64,000 nucleotides of DNA from a virus (Duplodnaviria > Heunggongvirae > Uroviricota > Caudoviricetes): the IMG/VR virus record IMGVR_UViG_3300049830_000314, one strand, 5' to 3'. Below, one piece after another: positions 28,465 to 37,281 of the stretch. Below the pieces are notes generated by a model. It was not told the DNA's origin. It made no database searches and saw only the letters and a program-made list of their open reading frames with translations. How positions within the stretch are numbered: the stretch's first letter is position 1; each line of letters begins with the position of its first letter. Made by a program: the position numbers and the translations under genes.

Positions 28465-28635
28465 TTATACACTACCCTTCGGTCTTTGCTCAGTCCATTT
28501 ATAATCGCATACACAGCATTTTAAATGATATGTGTTTTTATCATCTAAATTAATACTTGCGCGAATATCTGTGCTACCGCATCGTGGGCATTTCCGCGCA
28601 GAATTACTACGAATATAAGCTGGACGCGGGTTCAT
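28465..28635 (-). CDS. Zn-ribbon micro-protein (56 aa), paralog of the 28187-28456 N-terminus
   Basis: Manual: MNPRPAYIRSNSARKCPRCGSTDIRASINLDDKNTYHLKCCVCDYKWTEQRPKGSV. Confidence 0.65.
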   Translation of the reverse strand: MNPRPAYIRSNSARKCPRCGSTDIRASINLDDKNTYHLKCCVCDYKWTEQRPKGSV

Positions 28636-28642
28636 GCCAATT

Positions 28643-29839
28643 TTATACCACTAATGAGTTGTGAATCCCATCATTTGTTGCAGAATAAATAATTTGCTGC
28701 TCATCTGAGCGGTCAACCCATTTTTCAGGAAGACTGGTATTGATTTTTATTTCTTTGTTGTATTCGTTGGGAACGATATTAGCATCTAAGTATGCTCTCT
28801 CCATTGCTGTTTTTTGAGGCGCTCTCAATGATAAACCAAGCATATATTTGGTAAAATGCCAAGTCTGCCCCTCTTGGTGCCCAGTTTGCATCTTTTTATT
28901 AGGCAAGATGTATCCGCCGAGAATTTCAGAGTTATCTTTGCTCCAATCAGCGTGCATTGACATCTTGTCTAATCTGAGGCGATATGATTCAGGGAACTGA
29001 TTAATCAAATCAGCAAAAGCCTTGAATAGATTCTTAAATACCGTCGAATGCTCTAAAACAATATTCGTATTTTTGCGAAACCTAAAATTCTCTTGCAAGC
29101 AAAGGCTGACATAGCAATAATCCAGCATTTCGACCATTTTGTCAAAAGAAATATTTTTCTTATCACATGTTTTAACAAATGTGTTGGTGATTGTGAACAG
29201 TTGATTAAAATGCATTCTGAATCTTGCATTATTCTTAAAATCTTCCGCACACATGGCTACGTACTTGCCGTTAAAATACTTAGAATGCTCAAAGATGTAT
29301 TTGATTCTGGCGTATTTTGGCTTGGTGCTGGTTAACTTTATATAGCCAGGGTCAACAACGCGACATGTGTTCATGTCGGTAAAACGTTTAAGCGAAGTCG
29401 CTGGGTTGACGTATTCCATTAACTCAATGCCGCTGTAATGACTTTTGAGTAAGTTCATTAACATTTCATCATTGTTGTTTAGAGCCGTGTCTCGAACGAG
29501 CATACATCCACCGAGTCTCGCTTGTCCGTCCAATGCAATGGCAGCTTGTTTGATGGTTACAAAGCAGATATTTGGGTCATCCGTTGGGGCAAAATCAACT
29601 GTTCCTGGGAAAAATTCACATATTGGACTTGCCCATCCAGGATTTAAGTCGTCCATTACATAATTCGCTACAGCTTTTTCTGCGATTTCGCTTCTATTCC
29701 TATTGTGCATTTTTTCCAAAATGTCGCCGCTTGGAGCAAATGTTACAAGCTGCGTGTAGTCATAAAAACTTGTGCCGATAAGAGTCCATGTTGTGACGCC
29801 AAATTTTTGTCCGATAATTGCTTTGAATGTGATGTTCAT
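28643..29839 (-). CDS. DndB/DGQHR-like (ParB-superfamily) protein
   Basis: FKAIIGQ, IALDGQARL (DGQHR variant), RFTDMN. Confidence 0.6.
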   Translation of the reverse strand: MNITFKAIIGQKFGVTTWTLIGTSFYDYTQLVTFAPSGDILEKMHNRNRSEIAEKAVANYVMDDLNPGWASPICEFFPGTVDFAPTDDPNICFVTIKQAAIALDGQARLGGCMLVRDTALNNNDEMLMNLLKSHYSGIELMEYVNPATSLKRFTDMNTCRVVDPGYIKLTSTKPKYARIKYIFEHSKYFNGKYVAMCAEDFKNNARFRMHFNQLFTITNTFVKTCDKKNISFDKMVEMLDYCYVSLCLQENFRFRKNTNIVLEHSTVFKNLFKAFADLINQFPESYRLRLDKMSMHADWSKDNSEILGGYILPNKKMQTGHQEGQTWHFTKYMLGLSLRAPQKTAMERAYLDANIVPNEYNKEIKINTSLPEKWVDRSDEQQIIYSATNDGIHNSLVV

Positions 29840-30342
29840 ATTGTCTTGTTTTGTTTTATGTGTTCAACAAGCAATGGCATTAAAATGTCATACACCTGCT
29901 GAACAGAAAAAAGGTCGTTTTGATAAAAACACATTGTTTTATGATGGTTTTTTTCAAAGTTTTTAACTGTTTTAATGTTTGAATGATTTTTTGCAAACCC
30001 ATCTCCAGAGAAAAAAACAACTCTGTGTGCGCCATGTTTTTTACACACGGATTCACTTTCACTCAAACACGTTCCAATGCGCTCGTATGCATTGCCAAAA
30101 GCATTATTAAATTTGGCTTCAATCACCAAAATCAATGATTTCGAATGTAGTGATTGAAGCCAAATCGCTCCACCATCTGGTCGCTGTTTTCGCCCATTAG
30201 AACACACCAATGTTTCTTCGCGAAAAATAGTTACACCAGGATAGATTCGAGCAATATCTCTTATTACATGAGTTACTGCTAAATTAATCCTTTTTTCCAT
30301 ACCTTGAACCATGGATTTAGATGAAGCTGACACTTGAGCCAT
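29836..30342 (-). CDS. EcoRI/MunI-like PD-(D/E)xK restriction-endonuclease-fold protein
   Basis: RPDGG...VIEAK...GNAYER. Confidence 0.65.
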   Translation of the reverse strand: MAQVSASSKSMVQGMEKRINLAVTHVIRDIARIYPGVTIFREETLVCSNGRKQRPDGGAIWLQSLHSKSLILVIEAKFNNAFGNAYERIGTCLSESESVCKKHGAHRVVFFSGDGFAKNHSNIKTVKNFEKNHHKTMCFYQNDLFSVQQVYDILMPLLVEHIKQNKTI

Positions 30343-30347
30343 AATCT

Positions 30348-30377
30348 CTTATCGCGTCAATTATTTTTTTTGAGGAA
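30348..30377 (-). promoter_or_regulatory. Recurrent leaderless promoter (TTCCTCA-N17-GATAAG-5 nt-ATG)
   Basis: Read directly from sequence. Confidence 0.6.
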
Positions 30378-30403
30378 TTACTTGATGTCAATTAATTATT
30401 TCA

Positions 30404-30450
30404 TGGAGGCGAAGGGAAATTGGTGGAGGCGTTGGAAAAATGGTGGAGGA
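30404..30450 (-). repeat. Three stacked imperfect 20-bp repeats resembling tmRNA 3' ends
   Basis: Minus strand: TTTCCTCCACCA, TTCCAACGCCTCCACCA, TTCCCTTCGCCTCCA; the last is 14/15 identical to the tmRNA end TTCCCTTCGACTCCA. Confidence 0.75.
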
Positions 30451-30477
30451 AATGAGCGAAGTTGTGTATAAAGATTA

Positions 30478-31053
30478 GTGATGTCATGTAAAGTTATAAA
30501 ATGCGACCAATGTCAAAATGATTTCAATATGCAAACCAAGGAATTTAATCGTCATACAAAAATGCAATGGAAATACAAATTTTGTTCTAAAGAGTGCAAA
30601 AAAAATCATCAAAAATTGAATGGTTCAGAAAACATGAAACAACTTCTTCCGTGGATTCAAAGCGAAGCAAATAAAGAACATTTAAGAAAAAACGGCGGGT
30701 GGAATCCCGATAATTCTGGATACATTGAATTCCTTAGACGAGTGCGAAACAAAAAGAAGACTCATGAGAACACTATCACGCTGGAACAGTTGAAAGATTT
30801 ATGGGACAAGCAGAAAGGAATTTGTCCATATACTGGCTGGGTATTGGAATTACCACATCATCGCAATAAAATACGCAATCCGAAAATAGCGAGTTTAGAT
30901 AGAATTGATTCCTCAAAAGGATATGTTATCGAGAATTTACAATTTGTTAGTATGATGGCAAATTTTGCCAAAAATAATTTCACCGAAGATGAAATGCAAC
31001 ATTTCTGTATTTCCGTTGGTTTAATGGCTCAAAAAAGAGCCAATAAACAATAG
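30478..31053 (+). CDS. HNH-like (phage homing-type) endonuclease
   Basis: CDQC..FCSKEC; CPYTG...ASLDRIDSSKGYVIENLQFV. Confidence 0.8.
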   Translation: MMSCKVIKCDQCQNDFNMQTKEFNRHTKMQWKYKFCSKECKKNHQKLNGSENMKQLLPWIQSEANKEHLRKNGGWNPDNSGYIEFLRRVRNKKKTHENTITLEQLKDLWDKQKGICPYTGWVLELPHHRNKIRNPKIASLDRIDSSKGYVIENLQFVSMMANFAKNNFTEDEMQHFCISVGLMAQKRANKQ

Positions 31054-31057
31054 GTTT

Positions 31058-31407
31058 TGGAGTCGAAGGGAATCGAACCCTTTTCCAAAATGACTAACTA
31101 CCAAATCACCACAAGATTCTTCTCTATTTTTTTCTCGTGATAAGCTTTGGAAGAGACCAACCCGTCTTATCACCAGTTCGATTGTTTTTCGTCCCTTTAT
31201 CTACGAACAGAAGCGTCGGGGCTTATTCAGATTTGACTGCACTCCATACCCGTTACTGAACCACAGGTACTTCATGTCGCTTCAATTAAGCAGCGAAAGC
31301 AAAGTTTGTTTTGCCATTTGTTTTTTCTCACCATTTTTGCGTGGCCAAGATGAGTTCCACGTCTTGCAATTTGATGCTAACGCATCCTGTCGAAGCCTGA
31401 CGACCCC
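31058..31407 (-). ncRNA. ssrA: tmRNA, tag peptide (A)GKTNFAFAA
   Basis: 5' GGGGTCGTCAGGCTTCGAC; 3' GGGTTCGATTCCC-TTCGACTCC-A; acceptor stem with G3-U pair; tag ORF 31286-31315; 350 nt; CCA not encoded. Confidence 0.93.
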
Positions 31408-31448
31408 ATACATGTTTATTATACCACAAATCTCAAGGAATATCCTGC

Positions 31449-31589
31449 TCAATCGTTATCTTCGTCGTAGTCTTCGTTCTCATATGCTTCCTGGACACTA
31501 GTGCCACATTCTTGACATTGAGACCGACCCATAGTTGGTGGCAACTCGCCAGCGAACATCGAAGTATAACAATCTTTACAATAAACCAT
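31449..31589 (-). CDS. Small Zn-ribbon protein with acidic tail (46 aa)
   Basis: Manual: MVYCKDC...CQECG...YENEDYDEDND. Confidence 0.6.
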   Translation of the reverse strand: MVYCKDCYTSMFAGELPPTMGRSQCQECGTSVQEAYENEDYDEDND

Positions 31590-31614
31590 TTTGATTTGTC
31601 CTGTTTGTATTTAA

Positions 31615-31740
31615 GGAACGGTTTCCCCTGCCGAGTGTGTGCGTAACTACACCATAGCCTGCTTCTAAGGCAGGAAGATTACTTTATCTGACTCCTGCGA
31701 GCTTCCGCCGTTCCCGAGCTGGAGAATGACTCCAGCAAGG
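31615..31740 (-). ncRNA. Candidate structured RNA of unassigned family
   Basis: Hairpin GCTGGAG/CTCCAGC; closing stem GGAACGG/CCGTTCC; internal GCAGGA/TCCTGC, AGAT/ATCT, GTGT/ACAC; downstream of promoter motif 31768-31774. Confidence 0.45.
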
Positions 31741-31794
31741 TCTATATAATACCTAACTTTTCAATCTTGAGGAAAAATCGAGGATTAACTCAGA

Positions 31795-31895
31795 CTTTTG
31801 CGGTATATTATCCTTACTCTCATTATTGGGGAATCTGGTGTGAATCCAGAACTGTATCGCAGCGGTGTGTTGAAAGACGAGTCCGAATGCCAGAG
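31795..31895 (+). promoter_or_regulatory. Cobalamin riboswitch (class II-like, short P6)
   Basis: GGGGAA-TCTGG-TGTGAAT-CCAGA-ACTG-TATCGCAG-CGGT...GTT-GAAA-GAC-GAGTCCGAATGCC (B12 box). Confidence 0.85.
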
Positions 31896-31965
31896 AGTGA
31901 CAGCGCCGCGAGTTACGGTAGCCGGGATGAAGATTCATCGCCTCTACAACTCTCGGAGGTATAAG

Positions 31966-32733
31966 ATGAAAAAAGCATTCACACTAATCGAACTTCTCGT
32001 AGTTATCGCCATTATTGCAATTTTGGCAGCCATTCTCTTTCCGGTTTTTGCACAAGTTAAAGCAGCCGCTAAAAAAACCCAAACTCTCACCTATCTGAAA
32101 CAAATTAATTTAGCTTCTAGCATGTATTCAGATGATAATGATGGCATTTTGATGCGCGACCATATTAACAGCGCGAGTAAAACTTACTATTGGTGGGGAA
32201 GCTGGGACGGCACAACTCTCAAGCCTGAAGAAAGCTACCTATATCCGTATATTAAAAGCACAGGAATCTCTTCTGACCCTGTGTTCCCAAATAGTCTTAG
32301 AACAGCGTTGGGTTTAACTGGTTTTGGATATAACTACGCTTATCTCTCGCCAACTAACTATGATTCAAATTGGAATGAAGTCCCTGTTTCCGTATCTAAT
32401 ACCGCAGCAGGAAGCCCCGCAGAGACGATTTCTTTTGCCACAGCAGCAAGAATCAATAACTGGGCGTTTAATCCCTGGAAACTCGAAGGAAGCACCCTTA
32501 TTGACCCGCCTAGCTATCAATACCCCGGTGTCCATGCGCGGCACGTCGGTGAAAAAGCTATTGTTGCTTGGCTGGATGGACATGCCAATGCAAAATCGGT
32601 ATCTTATCGCAAAGGTGCTTTTGGCTATGGGTTTGATGGAGATTGGTATAAAAAAAGCACACTGGGAGATATAATGAACTCCCAATGCGCTTTTGATTCA
32701 GATTGTCAAGACTTTTATTACGACTTGAATTAG
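31966..32733 (+). CDS. Prepilin-type N-terminal cleavage/methylation protein with DUF1559/H-X9-DG C-terminus (start revised)
   Basis: SD GGAGGT; MKKA|[26 protein letters not shown]; VAWLDGHA. Confidence 0.9.
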   Translation: MKKAFTLIELLVVIAIIAILAAILFPVFAQVKAAAKKTQTLTYLKQINLASSMYSDDNDGILMRDHINSASKTYYWWGSWDGTTLKPEESYLYPYIKSTGISSDPVFPNSLRTALGLTGFGYNYAYLSPTNYDSNWNEVPVSVSNTAAGSPAETISFATAARINNWAFNPWKLEGSTLIDPPSYQYPGVHARHVGEKAIVAWLDGHANAKSVSYRKGAFGYGFDGDWYKKSTLGDIMNSQCAFDSDCQDFYYDLN

Positions 32734-33593
32734 TTACAAGGATTTGCGTTCCAAGGTGCTGAGCTTGGATAGAATCTGTCTCCGTACTCATAGTTATCTG
32801 GATTAAGAGTCTGCTCAAGCTTTTGGAATTTTGCATGTCCATCAGCGAATGAGTAGTTAGCTCCACCTTCCCACTTTTTACCTGAGTGTCTATCCCAAGC
32901 CACTCGGGTAACGTCAACGTCTTTGTAATCAGCTTTCTTTCCACTTAAATTAGCTGCCTTCACCAATTGTGCATCAGTGTAGCTGTAAGTGAAAGGCGCT
33001 GGGAATCGACCACCGTAAGGAACGAATGTCCAATTTGGACATGGCTGAGAAGGCAAGAACCCACTCAATCCCTTATGGGCGTCACCAGAGTCACCCGTGT
33101 CTCGCTTCTCTGTCACCAAAATGGTAGTAGCTGGTGTGTTAAACGATGTCATAGAAACTGGCAACCAATCATGTGCTGGCATCGCGTTATAGTTAGGAAT
33201 ATAAGAGTATCCCTTGACTGGAATCCAGTCACAAATCATTGGCAATTGACCGAGTGCGGCATCACTAGCGCATGCAACCGCTGGCTTTACAGGCGCGGAA
33301 TCAGATGGACATTGAAACATCTGAAAACTCTTGATGTACGGCTGCATTAAAAATGACCAGTGTACTTGTTTAGGGTAAGTGTTGCTCTTTTCCCAACTTG
33401 TTTGACAAAGCATGTCGTCGTTGTCTCCAGCATACATAAACAAGGCAGTCGCCATTTGTTTGTCGTTGCTAAGACAAGATGTTTTCTTTGCAGCTTCCTT
33501 TGCCTGAGCAAAGACAGGGAAGAGAATAGCGGCTAAAATTGCAATAATTGCAATTACCACCAATAGTTCGATAAGTGTAAAACCTTTTTTCAT
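32730..33593 (-). CDS. Prepilin-type N-terminal cleavage/methylation protein with DUF1559/H-X9-DG C-terminus
   Basis: MKKG|[34 protein letters not shown]; FQCPSD; [11 protein letters not shown]. Confidence 0.92.
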   Translation of the reverse strand: MKKGFTLIELLVVIAIIAILAAILFPVFAQAKEAAKKTSCLSNDKQMATALFMYAGDNDDMLCQTSWEKSNTYPKQVHWSFLMQPYIKSFQMFQCPSDSAPVKPAVACASDAALGQLPMICDWIPVKGYSYIPNYNAMPAHDWLPVSMTSFNTPATTILVTEKRDTGDSGDAHKGLSGFLPSQPCPNWTFVPYGGRFPAPFTYSYTDAQLVKAANLSGKKADYKDVDVTRVAWDRHSGKKWEGGANYSFADGHAKFQKLEQTLNPDNYEYGDRFYPSSAPWNANPCN

Positions 33594-33691
33594 TTAAGTA
33601 AATCCTATGAGCAGCTCTTTGGCGAGCCACGGATAGTTTTACATTTCAATTGTTAAGAAAACTGCAACACACGGCAGTACCTGGTAACTTC

Positions 33692-34024
33692 TTAATCAAC
33701 CCTTAATAAATTTTTCTTCACTTCTTTTGGGTCGCCATCTTCAAACAATTCAACCAATGCTTCGCTTGTATGTTCTTTTACAGCACGTTCCATGCTATTG
33801 AAAATAGCTGTCATTGTCCATGGAGAAATTTCATATGTTTTAGCCAGTGCCAGCATTTCAATGACAGTCATACTAGTGCCATCGCGCTCAAGACGATGTA
33901 ATCTAGTGCGATTAATGCCACTAACTTCTGACACCCTATCAAGCGTTGCCTTGTTGTAATTGCGCAAACAGCGAAACCAAGCTCCAACCATCGCGCCAAA
34001 AGAATATTGTTCTACTGTGTCCAT
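33692..34024 (-). CDS. XRE-family helix-turn-helix protein
   Basis: LRNYNKATLDRVSEVSGINRTRLHRLERD. Confidence 0.8.
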   Translation of the reverse strand: MDTVEQYSFGAMVGAWFRCLRNYNKATLDRVSEVSGINRTRLHRLERDGTSMTVIEMLALAKTYEISPWTMTAIFNSMERAVKEHTSEALVELFEDGDPKEVKKNLLRVD

Positions 34025-34063
34025 AACATTTCCATTATACTACATTTTTTCATATATGAAAAA

Positions 34064-34246
34064 TCATGATGAAAAATCTGTGTTGTTATATGCTTCGTCA
34101 AGTCTCGCGCTTTGCTCAACTTCAAACATGAGTTCTTTCACATAGTTCTTTTCTCGCTCTGGCAGAGCTTCTATCCAGGTATTAATTTCGTCACATCTTT
34201 CCTGGCTCATTTCGCTCTGCCAATGCAACTCTAATTTAGCGTCCAT
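34064..34246 (-). CDS. Hypothetical protein
   Basis: ORF track. Confidence 0.55.
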   Translation of the reverse strand: MDAKLELHWQSEMSQERCDEINTWIEALPEREKNYVKELMFEVEQSARLDEAYNNTDFSS

Positions 34247-35171
34247 AATGTAGTCCTGGACATGCCAGTGAATGCTTTGCCACCCAATCCAAAAATCGCT
34301 TAAGAACTACATGGTGGTCTGGAGTAATGACTTCATACAAGTCGTGGTTGCGCATGTCAAATAAGCGAACTTCTTCTAGGTCATCCCCAGCCTTTAAGTT
34401 TTCTTCGTCAAATTTCACCATTCCAGCAAACATCGTGGTCATGATTTTATCTCGACCTGGATATCTGCTATCGGGAATAATAGAAGAACACACATATTCT
34501 GGATGAATTAACCATTTGCCGATACCACCTGGCACTTCTTCTTTCAACTCTCGATACCATGCTTCTTCCTTGGAATCATCGGTGGGGTCAACAAATCCAC
34601 CTGGGAATCTCCAAAGTGTTTCATTCTTTTTTCGACCGAGTAAAACAAAATTAAATGTTTTATCAATCAAGCCGATATCCACAGTGGAATACACCAAAGG
34701 AAATGCTCGTTGCTCAGCGTACATGATGCCTTGTCGGAAATCATTGCTTGTAGATGGCTTCACTGGAACTGGGTTAGTGACATCAGTTAAACCAGGAATA
34801 TCTTCCATGCGCTTTACTGCGTACTTACCAACATACTTGTCAGCAAGCGAGCTAGCTGCATAGAATTCTACACTCACATCCTTCGGTTTGGCGTTATCAA
34901 TGGTTTCATCCAAAAGCATTGACCATCGCTGATTATCGCGAATGTGAAGATGTTCAGTTACACTGGAGAAAATATGCTTTTTATTGCGCAGAATATCCTG
35001 GCGCTGATTGGGACGCAATGGTTGCTCGGCAGTACATGCTCCGCGCTTGACATCCAAAATTGCCATCATTGAGCCATGTTCTGGCTTCAGTGACATTAGG
35101 TAATCGGTGTCTTGTTGTGTTAAATTGATGTTCTGGAAATAGGCTAACACCACCGTAAAGGTTTTCTGCAT
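34236..35171 (-). CDS. NadM-like adenylyltransferase domain (degenerate) fused to a Nudix hydrolase
   Basis: SNDFRQGIMYA, YSTVD, WRFPGGFVDP...RELKEEV, AGDD; HxGH motif absent. Confidence 0.8.
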   Translation of the reverse strand: MQKTFTVVLAYFQNINLTQQDTDYLMSLKPEHGSMMAILDVKRGACTAEQPLRPNQRQDILRNKKHIFSSVTEHLHIRDNQRWSMLLDETIDNAKPKDVSVEFYAASSLADKYVGKYAVKRMEDIPGLTDVTNPVPVKPSTSNDFRQGIMYAEQRAFPLVYSTVDIGLIDKTFNFVLLGRKKNETLWRFPGGFVDPTDDSKEEAWYRELKEEVPGGIGKWLIHPEYVCSSIIPDSRYPGRDKIMTTMFAGMVKFDEENLKAGDDLEEVRLFDMRNHDLYEVITPDHHVVLKRFLDWVAKHSLACPGLHYGR

Positions 35172-35178
35172 GTATGTG

Positions 35179-35207
35179 TTATACGGCTTCCTCTACCCAA
35201 TGAGGAA
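35179..35207 (-). promoter_or_regulatory. Recurrent promoter (TTCCTCA-N16-GTATAA)
   Basis: Read directly from sequence; 7 nt before ATG. Confidence 0.6.
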
Positions 35208-35235
35208 AAAAAGAGCCTGGAAAAATTCCAGGCTC
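35205..35235 (-). terminator. Intrinsic terminator after groEL
   Basis: GAGCCTGGAA-ttt-TTCCAGGCTC followed by a U run. Confidence 0.8.
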
Positions 35236-35267
35236 ATATCAATGTAAAGTAATGCAAGAAATGTTTT

Positions 35268-36920
35268 TTACATTTCTTGCATCATTGGCATCATCTGCAT
35301 AGGTGGTTCTGGTTCGTCGGCAATCATAACCTCACTCGTTAACACCATGCTTGCAATAGACGCAGCATTTTCGAAGGCTGAGCGAGTCACCTTAGCTGGG
35401 TCAATAATTCCAGCAGCGTGCATATCTACATAATCGCCTGTTCGGGCATCATATCCCCAACCAGCCTTACCTTTGGTGATAGCATCAACCCAAATGTCAG
35501 CTTTAAAGCCAGCATTTTTAGCAATCTGTGTGATTGGGGCTTCAAGAACTTCACGGATGATTTTCACACCCATTAATTCGTCTTGAGTCAAAGTGCTATC
35601 TTTCAACATAGCCTCAATAACATCAATGCATTGCAATGGCGTTACACCGCCGCCACAAACGATACCCTCTTCGATAGCAGCGCGAGTGGCGGAAAGCGCG
35701 TCATCATAACGATACTTTGCTTCCTTCAACTCTGCTTCACTCATTGCACCAATTTCGATGATAGCAACTGAGCCATTAAGCTTTGAAAGTCGTTCCTGAA
35801 ACTTCTCTCTATCATATGTGCTATCTGTGCTTTCCATCAATACCTTGATTTGTTCGCATCGCTCGTCAATTTTCTCTCTATCTCCCTCTCCTTCGATGAT
35901 GGTGATAGAATCTTTAGACACAGTAACTCTTCGAGCCTTACCAAGAATGGAAGGTGTCTTTTCCCCAAACTTAATTTGACAGTTTTCGAATGTGATACCA
36001 GTTTCATCTGAAACAATAGTTGCGCCAGTAGCTACAGCAATATCTTCAAGCATTTGCTTTCGTCGCTCGCCAAAACCCGGAGTTTTAACAGCTACGTTTT
36101 TGAATACACCATTTTGTGTGTTCAACACCAATCCAGTTAATGTATCTTGCGAATAATCTTCAGCAATAATAATCAAAGGCACGCCTCTACCATCTGTCTT
36201 AACATATCTTTCCATGAATGGAAGAATGTCAAAAATAGAATTGATTTTCTTGTCAACAAGTAACAAGTTAGCCTTTTCATAATCAACGGTCATTGTCTCA
36301 GCGTTATTAACAAAGTGGCGACTAATATAGCCTCGGTCATATTGCATACCCTCCACCAATGTTACAACGGTTTCATTTCCGCGTGTTTCTTCAATGGTAA
36401 TAACTCCGTCTGTGCCAACTTTTTCAATGGCTTCGGCAATGTGCTTACCTACTTCAACGTCGTTTCCAGCGATAGTAGCCACGCGCTCAATCTGCTCACG
36501 TGATTCGATATCTACTTTTAGCTCTTTAATTCTTTGAATAATAGCCGAAGTAGCCTTGTCAATACCCCTTTTCACTTCAAGCGGGTTTCCGCCAGCAGTA
36601 ACATATTTCATACCGCGATTAACGATTGCTTGAGCTAATACAGTTGCAGTGGTTGTACCGTCACCAGCGATGTCATTTGTCTTGGATGCTACCTCGCGAC
36701 AAAGCTGTGCGCCTGCGTTTTCGAATTTGTTTTTTAAAACAATTTCTTTAGCTACTGTGACACCATCTTTGGTGAAGATGGGTAGTCCCCATTCTCGCAC
36801 CAAAACAACATTACGACCACGAGGCCCAAGTGTTGTTTTAACAGCGTCTGCTACTACGTTAATGCCTCGCTCTAAAGCTCGGCGTGCATCTTCTTGATAA
36901 ACAAGTTCTTTAATTCCCAT
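35268..36920 (-). CDS. groL: Chaperonin GroEL
   Basis: [49 protein letters not shown]. Confidence 0.97.
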   Translation of the reverse strand: MGIKELVYQEDARRALERGINVVADAVKTTLGPRGRNVVLVREWGLPIFTKDGVTVAKEIVLKNKFENAGAQLCREVASKTNDIAGDGTTTATVLAQAIVNRGMKYVTAGGNPLEVKRGIDKATSAIIQRIKELKVDIESREQIERVATIAGNDVEVGKHIAEAIEKVGTDGVITIEETRGNETVVTLVEGMQYDRGYISRHFVNNAETMTVDYEKANLLLVDKKINSIFDILPFMERYVKTDGRGVPLIIIAEDYSQDTLTGLVLNTQNGVFKNVAVKTPGFGERRKQMLEDIAVATGATIVSDETGITFENCQIKFGEKTPSILGKARRVTVSKDSITIIEGEGDREKIDERCEQIKVLMESTDSTYDREKFQERLSKLNGSVAIIEIGAMSEAELKEAKYRYDDALSATRAAIEEGIVCGGGVTPLQCIDVIEAMLKDSTLTQDELMGVKIIREVLEAPITQIAKNAGFKADIWVDAITKGKAGWGYDARTGDYVDMHAAGIIDPAKVTRSAFENAASIASMVLTSEVMIADEPEPPMQMMPMMQEM

Positions 36921-36955
36921 ATTTTTTTCACTCCATAGTAGAGTCTTCTAGTTCC

Positions 36956-37270
36956 TTATACACCAAGCGTAGCAAGAATCTGTTCTTCGTTTATAAGAAT
37001 ATAAGTAATGTCTTCAAATTCCAATTCTGCACCAGCATGAATACTAAATGCAACTTTATCCCCCACAGAAACGCCGGGTGGAACTCGTGTACCGTCTTGC
37101 AACAGGAAACCTGGCCCTACTGCCTTTACGACACCTGTTTGTGTGTTTGTCTTTCGAGCTTCACCTGGAAGTTCGATACCAGACGCCGTTTTACGTGTCA
37201 ACGGGTCTGCTAAAATGGCGATTTTGTCACTTAATGGATTAATGTTTGACATTTCTTCTATGTTATACAA
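36956..37270 (-). CDS. groS: Co-chaperonin GroES
   Basis: PLSDKI, TASGIELP, VKAVGPG, VGDKV. Confidence 0.93.
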   Translation of the reverse strand: MYNIEEMSNINPLSDKIAILADPLTRKTASGIELPGEARKTNTQTGVVKAVGPGFLLQDGTRVPPGVSVGDKVAFSIHAGAELEFEDITYILINEEQILATLGV

Positions 37271-37281
37271 AATGTTGGTAA

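Noticed and set aside
30404-30450. Mini CRISPR array
   Set aside because: Units are 20 bp with no spacers and no cas genes; better explained as tmRNA-end remnants.
31615-31714. SRP RNA, RNase P or HDV-like/theta ribozyme identity for the structured region
   Set aside because: GTCAG...AAGCAG only loosely resembles SRP helix 8, with no GNRA-capped stem; no GAGGAAAGTCC; no nested double pseudoknot found by eye.
31798-31965. N-terminal extension of the + prepilin ORF
   Set aside because: The region is the riboswitch; the real start has an SD and the MKKAF prepilin leader at 31966.
33594-33691. Second riboswitch upstream of the minus-strand prepilin gene
   Set aside because: Only weak stems (AGTTTT/AAAACT); no recognisable aptamer consensus.
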